A DNA stretch of 54,885 nt from assembly GCA_012974305.1 (NCBI GenBank), contig JAAXQN010000202.1, forward strand, positions 1 through 54,885, written 5' to 3'. The DNA is from Candidatus Methylomirabilis sp. Lineage in GTDB: Bacteria; Methylomirabilota; Methylomirabilia; Methylomirabilales; CSP1-5. Shown one piece after another: positions 17,008 through 26,703 of the stretch. The notes under the pieces were generated by a model, which ran no database searches, was not told the origin of the DNA, and saw only the letters and a list, made by a program, of their open reading frames with translations. How positions within the stretch are numbered: the first letter of the stretch is position 1; every line of letters begins with the position of its first letter. Position numbers and translations under genes: made by a program.

Positions 17008-18588
17008 TCAGACCTTTACCACCTTGGCGTAGACGATGTTAGGCATCCGCCGGATTTCATCGAGGACGGGCGTCGGAATCGGGCTGTCCACGTTGACGAC
17101 GGAAAGCGCTTTGCCGCCCGGCTTCTCTCGGCCTAGGTTCATGCCGGCGATGTTGACCTCGTTTTGACCGAGGAGGGTGCCAATCTTCCCGATCACGCCC
17201 GGGACATCCAGGTTGGAGAAAACGAGCAGGTGTCCTTCCGGTACAGCCTCGAGGGAGAACTCATCAATCCTCACCACACGGGGTTCCCGCCGGCTGAACA
17301 AAGTTCCGGCGACGACGCATTGTCCTCGGTCGGTCTGGATGACGACGGAGATGAGGCTGGCGTAGTCCTCTTCCTGGCTGCTTTTTGACTCCACCACGCG
17401 GATCCCCCGCTGTCGAGCGAAGGGGAGAGCATTAACCATGTTGATGGCCCCAGAAGTGATAGAGTCAAGCACCCCCTTCACCACCACTGCCGTCAGAGGC
17501 GAGGTGTCGTAGCTCGCCACCTCCCCGGTGTAGTCAATACGGATCTCCTGGAACCGACCCTCGACGAGCTGCGAGTCGAGCCGCCCGAGTTTTTCCGCTA
17601 ACGTGAGATACGGCTGAATCTTGGCTAAGAGTTCTGGCTCGATTGACGGCGTGTTCACCGAGTTCAGAATGATCCCCCGGGTGAGATAGCCCGCCACCTG
17701 TTGGGCAATGGCGACGGCGACGTTTTCCTGGGCTTCAGCGGTTGCAGCGCCCAGGTGGGGGGTGCCGATGAAGTTCTCCAGGGAAAGCAACGGACTGGTC
17801 GTAGCGGGTTCATCCTCAAACACATCAAAGGCAGCGGCCGCCACGTGTCCGGTCACCATGGCGTCGTAGAGGGCCTCCTCTTCCACGATACCTCCCCGGG
17901 CGCAATTCACGATTCGCACGCCCGGTTTCATCTGGCTGATGGTCTCGCGGTTAATCATGTGATAGGTGTCAGGGCCGGAAGGCACGTGGAGGGTGATGAA
18001 GTCCGCTTGCCGGTAAACCTCTTCCGGGTCGGTCAGTTCCACGCCGATGCGGCTGGCCACCTCGGCCGAGATGAAGGGATCGTAGGCAATGACACGCATG
18101 GCAAAGCCCTTGGCCCGTTTGGCAACCTCGGAACCGATTCGCCCAAGTCCGATGATTCCCAAGGTCTTGTTGTAGAGCTCAATGTTCAGAAACTTTCCCT
18201 TCGCCCACTGTCCCGCCTTCAGGGAGCCCACTGCCTGGGGAACATTCTTAGCGAGGGCCAAGAGGAGGGATATGGTGTGCTCGGCAGTGGTGATGGTGTT
18301 GCCCGTGGGGGTGTTCATCACAACGACCCCCTGGGCGGTCGCCACCTCCACATCGACGTTATCTACCCCAACTCCCGCCCGGCCAATCACTTTGAGTTGT
18401 TTCCCTGCCCGAATCGCATCGGCGGTCACCTTTGTGGCGCTTCGGACGATCAGGGCATCGTACTGCTCGATGATCTGGATAAGGTCTTCAGGTTTCGTCT
18501 TTGGTCTGACGTCTACCTGAATGTCCGGAGTCTGCCGGAGTACCTCGACGCCTCGCGGAGACAGATCATCGGTCACCAAAACTCGCAT
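17008..18588 (-). CDS. serA: D-3-phosphoglycerate dehydrogenase (long form with ACT domain)
   Basis: MRVLVTDDL start with RBS GGAGAG, NAD motif GIIGLGRIGS, and a C-terminal ACT-like region. Confidence 0.9.
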   Translation of the reverse strand: MRVLVTDDLSPRGVEVLRQTPDIQVDVRPKTKPEDLIQIIEQYDALIVRSATKVTADAIRAGKQLKVIGRAGVGVDNVDVEVATAQGVVVMNTPTGNTITTAEHTISLLLALAKNVPQAVGSLKAGQWAKGKFLNIELYNKTLGIIGLGRIGSEVAKRAKGFAMRVIAYDPFISAEVASRIGVELTDPEEVYRQADFITLHVPSGPDTYHMINRETISQMKPGVRIVNCARGGIVEEEALYDAMVTGHVAAAAFDVFEDEPATTSPLLSLENFIGTPHLGAATAEAQENVAVAIAQQVAGYLTRGIILNSVNTPSIEPELLAKIQPYLTLAEKLGRLDSQLVEGRFQEIRIDYTGEVASYDTSPLTAVVVKGVLDSITSGAINMVNALPFARQRGIRVVESKSSQEEDYASLISVVIQTDRGQCVVAGTLFSRREPRVVRIDEFSLEAVPEGHLLVFSNLDVPGVIGKIGTLLGQNEVNIAGMNLGREKPGGKALSVVNVDSPIPTPVLDEIRRMPNIVYAKVVKV

Positions 18589-18625
18589 CGGTCTCTCCAT
18601 GATGTCGTCTACATTCTCCCTATCT

Positions 18626-19768
18626 TTATCCTTCCGAATGCCTGAGGACTTCCTGGGCAGCTCGAATTCCCTCGCCCGGTTTGCTTGGGTAGCCCAGCTC
18701 AGAAAGCGTGAGTTCCAATGCGGAGAGCGCGACAATCACATCCGAGGCATCGGCGTACCCCATCGTAGCCACTCGGAAGATTTTTCCCTTGAGCGATCCC
18801 TGTCCTCCGGCGATGGTCATACCATGCTTCTCGCGGAGCGTCTTCACAATCGCTGTGCCGTCGATGCCTTGCGGAGCTTTGACAGCGGTCACCGCCGGGC
18901 TTGGTCGTTCCGCAAAGAGTTCCAGGCCAAGGGCCGTGACTCCCGCGCGCATGGCGGTCGCGAGCCGCTCGTGTCGGAGAAAGACTTTTTGAAGCCCTTC
19001 GCTTCGGATCATCCTGAGGGTCTCCTGAAGCCCGAGAACCAACGAGATGGCCGGAGTAAAGTGGGATTGGTTCTTGCTCAGGTTCTTTCGCTCTGCGAGG
19101 AAATCAAAATAGTACTTGGGGAGGCGAGAACGCTCTACCACTTCCCACGCCTTTCGGCTTACTCCCACCAGGGTAAGGCCGGGAGGCAGCATGAGAGCCT
19201 TCTGGGAGCCGGTTACCACGACATCCACACCCCAAGCATCCATCGCGAGATCTACAACGCCCAGGCTCGTAATCGCATCGACTACCAAGAGGGTCGGGGT
19301 CTTTCGGACAACCTGGGCAATGGCATGGATGTCGTGAAGAACACCCGTCGAGGTTTCGCTATGGGTACTGAAGACGACAGAGATCTTGGGATCCTTCTCG
19401 AGAGCAGCAGCGACGAGTGCCGGGTCTACCGCTTTCCCGTAGGGAACGTCGATGGGTGTGAATGTGATGCCGTAGGCCTGACAAATCTCTCCCCATCGCT
19501 CGCCAAACTTTCCTCCTCGGATGACCAGCGCCGTGTTGCCTGGCGACAGCGTGTTTGCCACCGCCGCCTCCATCCCTCCGGTCCCCGTCGCGGCGAAGAG
19601 GAGAACCTCCTCTGTCGTCTGGAACAGGTGCTTGAGGCCTTCCCGCACTTCGGCAAGGAGAGCTTCAAACTCCGGAGCCCGATGGTGGGGAATGGGACGG
19701 GCCATCGCCAACACGGCGTCGGAAGGGACGGGTGTCGGGCCGGGGGCAAAAAGATGCGGTTTTTTCAT
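18626..19768 (-). CDS. class-V aminotransferase (serine-glyoxylate / phosphoserine aminotransferase-like)
   Basis: 380 aa beginning LFAPGPTPVP with a class-V fold pattern. Sits directly upstream of serA. Confidence 0.8.
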   Translation of the reverse strand: MKKPHLFAPGPTPVPSDAVLAMARPIPHHRAPEFEALLAEVREGLKHLFQTTEEVLLFAATGTGGMEAAVANTLSPGNTALVIRGGKFGERWGEICQAYGITFTPIDVPYGKAVDPALVAAALEKDPKISVVFSTHSETSTGVLHDIHAIAQVVRKTPTLLVVDAITSLGVVDLAMDAWGVDVVVTGSQKALMLPPGLTLVGVSRKAWEVVERSRLPKYYFDFLAERKNLSKNQSHFTPAISLVLGLQETLRMIRSEGLQKVFLRHERLATAMRAGVTALGLELFAERPSPAVTAVKAPQGIDGTAIVKTLREKHGMTIAGGQGSLKGKIFRVATMGYADASDVIVALSALELTLSELGYPSKPGEGIRAAQEVLRHSEG

Positions 19769-20082
19769 TCAGGCCTCTCCTGATAAGGGGGTGTGAGCGG
19801 GGGGAATAAACCTGGAAAGTGCCCGGGGGAAGGAGTACCTCACCCCGATACGGGGAAATGAAGGTGCTTTCGATTTGGAGGCTTCTCTGACATGATAATC
19901 ACACCCGGGGCCCGCCTCTTGGCTTTCAAGCGGTCCGACCCCGATCACGAAATACCACTATACCTATAGCGAGAAAGGGTTAATGTGTCAAGCCGAAACC
20001 CACAATCCGATTTTCGTTGTGGGGCTGGAGGTTCTATGGTAGCCTCCCACGCTTGGAATCCAAGGAGTGAGGGGAGGAGCCG

Positions 20083-20652
20083 ATGAAAAAAATCAAAGGC
20101 GGTGCAGGAATGCGAAAGACCTTCTTGTCAAGTCTAATAGTGGCGGGCCTCTTGTGTGGGGGTGTACCGGTTGGCCTGGCACAAACGCCTTCCGGTCCTG
20201 TGCGGATGCCTTCTAGCCTTGCGCGGATGGTAAATAAGCCGGCCCCGGAGTTCAACCTCGCCCTTCTCTCAGACGGGAAAGTCGAACTCAAAGACTTCCG
20301 CGGAAGGGTCGTGGTGCTAAACTTCTGGCACTCCGCGTGACCAGCCTGCCAGCGGGAGTCTCCCGTTCTGATTAAGGCTTACGAGATGTTCAAGGACCGG
20401 GGAGTAAGCTTCCTGGGAGTCAATGTTCCTTGGGACAATAAGTGGAGCGCTCGGAAATTTGCGGAGGATCGAAAGGTCCCCTATGCTGTGGGGCATGATG
20501 AGGGGAGTCGGATTACCGCGCTTTACCATGTGGACGCGACGCCGATAACCTTTGTCCTGGACCCGGAGGGTGACGTCGTCTTCGTCCATCGGGGGAAGCT
20601 GGACCTTGAACGCCTGACGGCGGTGCTTGAGCAAGTCTCTGACAAGAAATGA
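20083..20652 (+). CDS. TlpA/thioredoxin-fold thiol:disulfide oxidoreductase, likely selenoprotein (Sec at 20338-20340)
   Basis: The two track ORFs (20083-20340 and 20386-20652) share a frame and are joined only by TGA. The read-through product is VVLNFWHSA-U-PACQRESPVLIKAYEMFKDRGVSFLGVN, so UGA replaces the first Cys of WCxxC. An N-terminal signal peptide is present. Confidence 0.7.
20350..20370 (+). promoter_or_regulatory. SECIS-like hairpin downstream of the in-frame UGA
   Basis: CAG-CGGGA-GUC-UCCCG-UU-CUG forms a 3+5 bp stem with a UU bulge. The apical loop carries GU about 21-22 nt from the UGA. Confidence 0.45.
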
Positions 20653-20681
20653 CCTGCCGGTAATGTATCAACTAACCGATA

Positions 20682-21464
20682 ATGTTTGATCCAATTTCTC
20701 TTCTCTACCGGTTTTACGAGTGCCGACTTCTGAGAGAGGTCGAGCGAGGGGTGTTGCCCCGGCACATCGGCCTCATCCTGGACGGCAACCGACGTTACGC
20801 GCTGGAACTCGGCCTCGCCGATCCGCTCGAGGGGCACCGGCTGGGGGTGGACAAGCTCGAGCAGGTCTTGGACTGGCTGGAGGAGCTGCACATCTGGATT
20901 ATTACTATCTATGTCCTCTCCACGGAAAACCTCTCCCGTCCCCACGGCGAGCTCACGCGCCTCCTGAATCTTATGGAATCAAAGATGCGGGCCGTGGCGG
21001 TGGACCCAAAGATCCATGAGAAGGGAGTCCGGATCCGGGCGGTCGGGCAACTGGAACTCTTGCCCGCATCCCTCCAAGAGGCCATCGACCGAGCGCAGGA
21101 GGCCACGCACACCTACAATAACTTCTTCCTCAATATCGCCGTGGGGTATGGAGGGAGGCAAGAAATTGCCGATGCGGTGAGGCTGCTCTTAAGAGATCGA
21201 GTCCGGCGGGGAGCTGCCCTTGAGCAGGTCGCGGAAGAGATCACGCCCGAAGAAATTGGAAAGTATCTGTATACGTATGATCTTCCCGATCCGGACCTTA
21301 TCATCCGAACGAGTGGCGAGGTCCGCCTCTCCGGCTTTCTCCTGTGGCAGAGCGCCTATAGCGAGTTCTATTTTTGTGACGCCTACTGGCCCGCATTCAG
21401 GAAGATCGATATGCTCCGGGCCATCCGCAGTTATCAGCAACGGAAGCGTCGCTTCGGCACGTAA
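20682..21464 (+). CDS. uppS: isoprenyl (undecaprenyl) diphosphate synthase family
   Basis: 260 aa with HIGLILDGNRRYA and the cis-prenyltransferase C-terminal RTSGEVRLSGFLLWQ. Confidence 0.85.
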   Translation: MFDPISLLYRFYECRLLREVERGVLPRHIGLILDGNRRYALELGLADPLEGHRLGVDKLEQVLDWLEELHIWIITIYVLSTENLSRPHGELTRLLNLMESKMRAVAVDPKIHEKGVRIRAVGQLELLPASLQEAIDRAQEATHTYNNFFLNIAVGYGGRQEIADAVRLLLRDRVRRGAALEQVAEEITPEEIGKYLYTYDLPDPDLIIRTSGEVRLSGFLLWQSAYSEFYFCDAYWPAFRKIDMLRAIRSYQQRKRRFGT

Positions 21465-21473
21465 GCCCCCCTC

Positions 21474-21557
21474 AGTCCAACGTCCAAAGTCTAACCGACA
21501 AAATCTCTGTTTTATTTGGCTTTGGGTCTTGGACTATGGACGTTGGACTTCGACCGT
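21474..21557. repeat. heptamer-periodic inverted array between convergent uppS and pyrD
   Basis: AGTCCAA CGTCCAA AGTCTAA faces TTGGCTT TGGGTCT TGGACTA TGGACGT TGGACTT. 21474-21491 and 21533-50 are 17/18 complementary. The right arm encodes the pyrD C-terminal tail. Confidence 0.85.
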
Positions 21558-22462
21558 GTCTCGGAGGGAATAGCGGCCCCGACCAGCTGGGTGACGGCAG
21601 CGAACCTATGAAGGGTCAGGTAGGACTCGATTCCGGCCAGGACCTTCATTGGGGCCAACGGATCGAGGAAATTGGCGGTTCCCACCTGGACCGCAGTAGC
21701 CCCGGCGAGGAGGAACTCCACTGCATCATTACCGGTCATGATCCCACCGATACCGATGATGGGGGTTTTCACCACCTGGGCTACCTCCCAGACCATCCGT
21801 ACAGCAACAGGACGGATGGCCGGGCCGGAGAGGCCACCGGTGGCTCCGGGCAGTTTTGGCCGGCGGCTGTCGAGGTCAATGACCATTCCGACAATAGTGT
21901 TGATGAGCGAGAGGGCATCGGCCCCCGCGTCGGCAGCGGCTCGGGCAATCACGGTAACATCCGTCACATTGGGTGAGAGCTTGGGAATCACCGGGAGCGG
22001 AGTGGCTTGCCGGACCGACCGGACCACTTCGTAGGTGAGGCGCGGGTCGGTGCCAAAATCGAGTCCCCCGGCTACGTTGGGGCACGAGATATTGACCTCG
22101 ATCCCGGCCACCCCCTCGGCGTCAGAGAGGCGTTTGGCCAGGTCGGCGAACTCCTCTACTGACTTTCCGGCGATGTTGACCAAGAGTGGAGTCGTCAACG
22201 TTCGGAGAAACGGGAGCTTTTGCTTGAGAAAGAGGTCGATCCCGACATTCTGCAGCCCGATGGAGTTGAGCATCCCTCCCGGGGTCTCGGCGATCCTGGG
22301 GGGTGCATTGCCCGGCCGCGGATGCATCGTCACGGTCTTGACGATAATGGCGCCGAGGGCATTGAGATCAAAGAAGGAGGAAAACTCGTCCCCGTACCCG
22401 AAGGTTCCGGAAGCGGTCATCACCGGGTTTTTCAACGGGATTCCGGCAATCTCGACGCCCAT
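21512..22462 (-). CDS. pyrD: dihydroorotate dehydrogenase, class 1B catalytic subunit
   Basis: The start is taken at MGVEIAGIPLKNPVMTASGTFG. The upstream ORF extension is spacer repeat sequence. Confidence 0.9.
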   Translation of the reverse strand: MGVEIAGIPLKNPVMTASGTFGYGDEFSSFFDLNALGAIIVKTVTMHPRPGNAPPRIAETPGGMLNSIGLQNVGIDLFLKQKLPFLRTLTTPLLVNIAGKSVEEFADLAKRLSDAEGVAGIEVNISCPNVAGGLDFGTDPRLTYEVVRSVRQATPLPVIPKLSPNVTDVTVIARAAADAGADALSLINTIVGMVIDLDSRRPKLPGATGGLSGPAIRPVAVRMVWEVAQVVKTPIIGIGGIMTGNDAVEFLLAGATAVQVGTANFLDPLAPMKVLAGIESYLTLHRFAAVTQLVGAAIPSETRSKSNVHSPRPKAK

Positions 22463-22476
22463 GTTTGGACGCTTTT

Positions 22477-22595
22477 CCGATGGCCGATGACGGCTCGACT
22501 GAGCTCGCCGAAGTCCGACGACCGATGACCGGCGACGATTCCGTCCTTTGCGTGAACGGTCTCCCTCTGGACGCTGAACGCTGAGCCCTGAACCC
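22477..22595. repeat. heptamer-periodic array in the pyrK-pyrD spacer
   Basis: In one 7-nt phase: CCGATGG CCGATGA ... TCGCCGA AGTCCGA CGACCGA TGACCGG ... TGGACGC TGAACGC TGAGCCC TGAACCC. Confidence 0.85.
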
Positions 22596-22608
22596 TTTTT
22601 CTTTCCCT

Positions 22609-23490
22609 TCACCAGGCTATCTCCCGGGCGTCGAAGGCCGGCCCATCCTTGCAGCACAATTTATATGATATCGTTGACTGTCGAGCAGCCAGCTGTTCTT
22701 TGACTGACTGCTTCACGGGGATGACGCAGCCCATGCATGCCCCAAAGCCACAAGCCATAGAGGCCTCCAAAGAGACCTGGCAGGGGATTTGAAATCGGTC
22801 GGCGATCTGAGCAACGGCGTGGAGCATCGCGTGCGGACCACAGGCATAGATTATTAACCCTTGTCGGCTGGTCTGTGTCTTGAGATGTGCTTCCAAGAGA
22901 TCCACAACGAGCCCTCGATGGCCGACGCTGCCATCTTCGGTGGCGACATGCACCTTTGCCCTAGCCTTACGAAGATCGGTGAGACAAAGAACATCATCGG
23001 AGGTCTTGCCCCCGACAAAGGCAACTACTTTCCGTCGACCTTTGTCAGATGAGCGCCGGTTGGTTTTCCCTTGCTGTGAACCTCGAAGGGTGAACTGTGA
23101 ACGTGCGAGCATTTCGGCGAGGGCCACCACCGGAGGAACCCCGATGCCTCCGGCGACCAGCAGGGCTGTGGTGAGACTGGGCGGCACGTGATAGCCATTC
23201 CCCAGTGGACCCAGGAGGTCCACCCGATCTCCCGGCTTAAGGCGGGAGAGGGCTCTGGATCCCTTCCCCATCAATTTGTAAAAGATCTCCACCATGTGAC
23301 CGCCTTTTCTGTTGCTCTCGCGTCGGACCCTCAGAATGCTATAGGCCCTTGGCAGAAAGGGGTCGAACAATCCTGAAGGTTTCACCATGACGAACTGTCC
23401 AGGCTGAAAGCTGAGGGATTCTGAGGTAAAGCGCTGGAGGAAATAATCCGGGTGGAACCTTTGGAGGGATTGCACCTCAACTTGTTGCAT
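22609..23490 (-). CDS. pyrK: dihydroorotate dehydrogenase electron-transfer subunit
   Basis: 293 aa with a FAD/NAD-binding fold and a C-terminal Cys cluster (CGFGACMGC). Contains an extra basic loop encoded by a heptamer array. Confidence 0.85.
   Translation of the reverse strand: MQQVEVQSLQRFHPDYFLQRFTSESLSFQPGQFVMVKPSGLFDPFLPRAYSILRVRRESNRKGGHMVEIFYKLMGKGSRALSRLKPGDRVDLLGPLGNGYHVPPSLTTALLVAGGIGVPPVVALAEMLARSQFTLRGSQQGKTNRRSSDKGRRKVVAFVGGKTSDDVLCLTDLRKARAKVHVATEDGSVGHRGLVVDLLEAHLKTQTSRQGLIIYACGPHAMLHAVAQIADRFQIPCQVSLEASMACGFGACMGCVIPVKQSVKEQLAARQSTISYKLCCKDGPAFDAREIAW
23074..23108. repeat. heptamer array inside the pyrK coding sequence
   Basis: CTGTGAA CCTCGAA GGGTGAA CTGTGAA CGTGCGA. It encodes part of ARSQFTLRGSQQGKTNRRSS. 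Confidence 0.7.
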
Positions 23491-26400
23491 GGCCCATCCC
23501 CCCGTTGTACTCCTGCAATGCCTTGACCTGAAGACCCTCCGTCTTGAGGGCTCGAATCCCCTCCACCGCCGCGTTGGCCGCTGCCATGGTCGTAAAGCAT
23601 GGGATCCCCTGGGTGATGGCAGTGCGGCGGATGGAGTACGAGTCGAGGCGCGAGGCCCGCCCCTCAGGGGTGTTCACCACCAAGACGACCTCGCCATTCT
23701 TCATCCGGTCCACGATGTGGGGTCGAACCCCCTCGGTCACTTTGTACACGCGCTCGGCGGGGATCCCCGCATCCTGAAGGCAGCGGGCTGTGCCGGTGGT
23801 GGCCAGGATGTGAAAGCCGAGTTCGGCAAACGCCTGGCCGAGTGGGGGAAGGTGGGGTTTGTCCGGATCCCGAACGCTCAAGAAGACTGTTCCCTCGAGT
23901 GGCAGCATCCCGCTCGCCGCGATCTGGGACTTTGCAAAGGCGCGACCAAAGTCCCGATCGATCCCCATGACCTCGCCCGTTGACTTCATCTCTGGACCTA
24001 GAATGGCATCGACCCCGGGAAACTTGACGAAGGGCAACACTGCTTCCTTCACCGCCACGTGGTGCACGGCCGGTTCCCGGGTCAGCCCCAGCTCCTCTAA
24101 GGTCATGCCAGCCATCACTTTGGTGGCGAGCTTGGCCAGGGGAACCCCCGTCGCCTTGCTGACGAAGGGGACCGTCCGGGAGGCCCGGGGGTTCACCTCG
24201 AGGACATAGACCGTGGAGTTCTTGACAGCGAACTGGACATTGATGAGTCCTACTACCTGTAGGTCCAGGGCTAACGCGGTCGTCTGCTCACGGATCTCGT
24301 CTAGAATCTTGTCGGGCACCGACCGCGGCGGAAGCGAGCAGGCGGAGTCTCCCGAGTGAATGCCCGCCTCTTCGATGTGCTCCATAATTCCGCCGATAAC
24401 GACCCGCCTCCCGTCCGCGATGGCATCGACGTCCATCTCGATTGCATCTTCCAGGAACTTGTCAATCAGGACGGGATGCTCCGGAGAGGCCTGGACGGCC
24501 CGCTCCATGTAATCGAAAAGACTTGCATCGTCATAGACGATATCCATGGCCCGCCCCCCGAGGACATACGAAGGGCGAACTAGGACAGGATAGCCGACCC
24601 GTTTCGCAATCCGAGTTGCCTCGGTGACCGAGATGGCCGTCCCGCTGAGGGCCTGGCTGAGCCACGATGACACCCTCTGGCTGTTCCCGGTCTAGGATGT
24701 TCATGACATCCTCGAAGGTCAGGGGCTCGAAGTAGAGCTTGTCGGAGGTATCGTAGTCGGTGGAAACCGTTTCGGGGTTGCAGTTGACCATGATGGCCTC
24801 GTAACCAAGCTCCTTCAATGCAAAGGCGGCGTGGACGCAGCAGTAATCGAATTCGATTCCCTGGCCGATCCGGTTGGGGCCGGACCCCAGGATCACGATC
24901 TTCTTCCGAGTCGTCGGGTTGGCTTCGCATTCCCGCTCGTAGGTCGAATAGAGGTAGGGGGTAAAGGCCTCGAATTCGGCGGCGCAGGTGTCCACCATCT
25001 TGAAGGTAGCCTGGATCCCAAGCTTTCGCCGCGCGTCCCGGATGGTAAGTTCATCAGAGCCCGTCAGTTGGGCCAACCTGCGGTCGGCGAAACCCATTTC
25101 CTTGGCGGTCCGCAACTTCTGGGGGGTCAGGAGGCGGAGAAGGCTCTTAGACCGCTCGTGTGCGAGCTCTTCCTCCAACTCGACGATCTCCCGAATATTC
25201 TCCAGAAACCAGGGGTCAATTTGGGTCAGTTCGTAGATCTCTTGAACATTCATGAGCTGGCGGAAGGCGTCCGCAACGTAAAAGAGCCGCTCCCAGTTGG
25301 GTATGCGGAGTCGCTCTCGGATGAGCTCACGCCAAGACTCGCCGTTCATCTCCGTGGCCCTGGAACCGTAACCCGTGATACGGCTCGTCAGGCCGTAGAC
25401 GTCAATCTCCAAAGCACGGATGGCCTTCTGCAGTGCCTCCTTGAAAGTTCGGCCGATGGCCATCACTTCGCCCACCGACTTCATCTGGGTGGTCAGTGTT
25501 TCATCCGACCCCGGGAATTTCTCGAAGGCAAAACGAGGGATCTTCACCACGCAATAATCCAGCGTGGGCTCGAAGGAAGCGGGGGTCGACTGCGTGATGT
25601 CGTTTTTGATCTCATCCAGGGTGTAGCCGACCGAGAGGAGGGCGGCAATCTTGGCAATCGGGAATCCGGTCGCCTTGCTGGCGAGAGCGGAAGAGCGCGA
25701 AACCCTGGGATTCATCTCGATCACGACCAGTCGGCCATCGGCGGGGTCCACGGCGAACTGGATGTTGGATCCACCGGTCTCTACCCCGATCTCCCGGATG
25801 ATGGCGATCGCGGCGTCCCGCATGATCTGGTATTCCTTGTCGGTGAGGGTCTGAACGGGCGCGACGGTGATGGAATCCCCCGTATGGATTCCCATCGCGT
25901 CCATATTCTCGATGGAGCAGACGATGACCACGTTATCGTTTCTGTCCCGCATCACCTCGAGTTCGAACTCTTTCCACCCAATGACCGAGGCCTCAATCAG
26001 GACCTGGTGGACTGGGCTCGTGTTTAAACCCCACTGGACATACTCTTGGAATTCTTTTCGGTTGTACGCGATGCTGCCGCCGGTCCCGCCCAGGGTGAAC
26101 GAGGGGCGGATGATGGCAGGAAAGTCGACCCGTTCAATGATCGCATCTGCCTCCTCAATCGACTTGGCATACCCGCTTTCCGGAACCTCGAGGCCGATCC
26201 TGGTCATGGCCTCTCTGAACAGGTCTCGGTCCTCGGCCTTCTTGATGGTTTCGAGCGTCGCCCCGATCAGCTGCACTTGATGCTTGTCGAGGATACCGCT
26301 TTCAGCCAAGGCCACGGCGAGGTTGAGCCCCGTCTGCCCACCAAGGGTTGGGAGGAGGGCATCCGGGCGCTCCCGCTCGATGACCTTCTCCAAGATTTCC

Positions 26401-26612
26401 ACGGTCAGCGGTTCGACATAGGTCCGGTGGGCCATCTCTGGGTCGGTCATGATGGTGGCGGGATTCGAGTTGACCAGGACGATCTCGAAGCCTTCCTGGC
26501 GCAGAACCTTGCAGGCCTGCGTCCCGGAGTAGTCAAACTCACAGGCCTGGCCGATGATGATTGGTCCGGAACCGATAATCAGAATCTTTTGAATGTCCGT
26601 ACGCTTAGGCAT
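23477..26612 (-). pseudogene. carB: carbamoyl-phosphate synthase large subunit, disrupted by an internal loss plus frameshift near 24650-24665
   Basis: ORF 24531-26612 matches CarB from the N-terminus to ...[11 protein letters not shown], then goes out of frame. ORF 23477-24673 resumes in another frame at ...[36 protein letters not shown] and runs to the MGS-like C-terminus. Confidence 0.8.
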
Positions 26613-26620
26613 GTCCTAAC

Positions 26621-26697
26621 TGCCGTTAGCAGTCAGCAGTCAGCAATCAGCAGTAGGCCGAAATTCAAAAGCCGGCAGCCGATAGCTGGCAGCGGAC
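26621..26697. repeat. direct heptamer array filling the carA-carB spacer
   Basis: TGCCGTT AGCAGTC AGCAGTC AGCAATC AGCAGTA GGCCGAA ATTCAAA AGCCGGC AGCCGAT AGCTGGC AGCGGAC. AGC recurs every 7 nt in 8 of the 11 units. Confidence 0.9.
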
Positions 26698-26703
26698 GAC
26701 AAG

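Noticed and set aside
22463-22657. N-terminal extensions of the pyrD ORF (65 codons), and similarly of carA (21), serA (49) and purA (10)
   Set aside because: The extensions are translated spacer or repeat sequence, or overlap the upstream gene. Conserved N-termini with RBSs begin at internal Met codons.
24831-26027. A long 398-aa ORF on the plus strand, with similar long ORFs at 17701-18645, 18521-19783, 26046-26996, 47902-48819 and 35485-36363
   Set aside because: All are antisense to well-supported genes (carB, serA, the aminotransferase, carA, the acyl ligase, the TPR gene). They have Arg/Gly/Pro-rich low-complexity products typical of shadow ORFs in high-GC DNA.
23477-26612. A naturally split carB, as in Aquifex or Methanocaldococcus
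   Set aside because: Natural splits fall between the two homologous synthetase halves and lose no sequence. Here the break lies inside the second half, the ORFs overlap out of frame, and conserved residues are missing.
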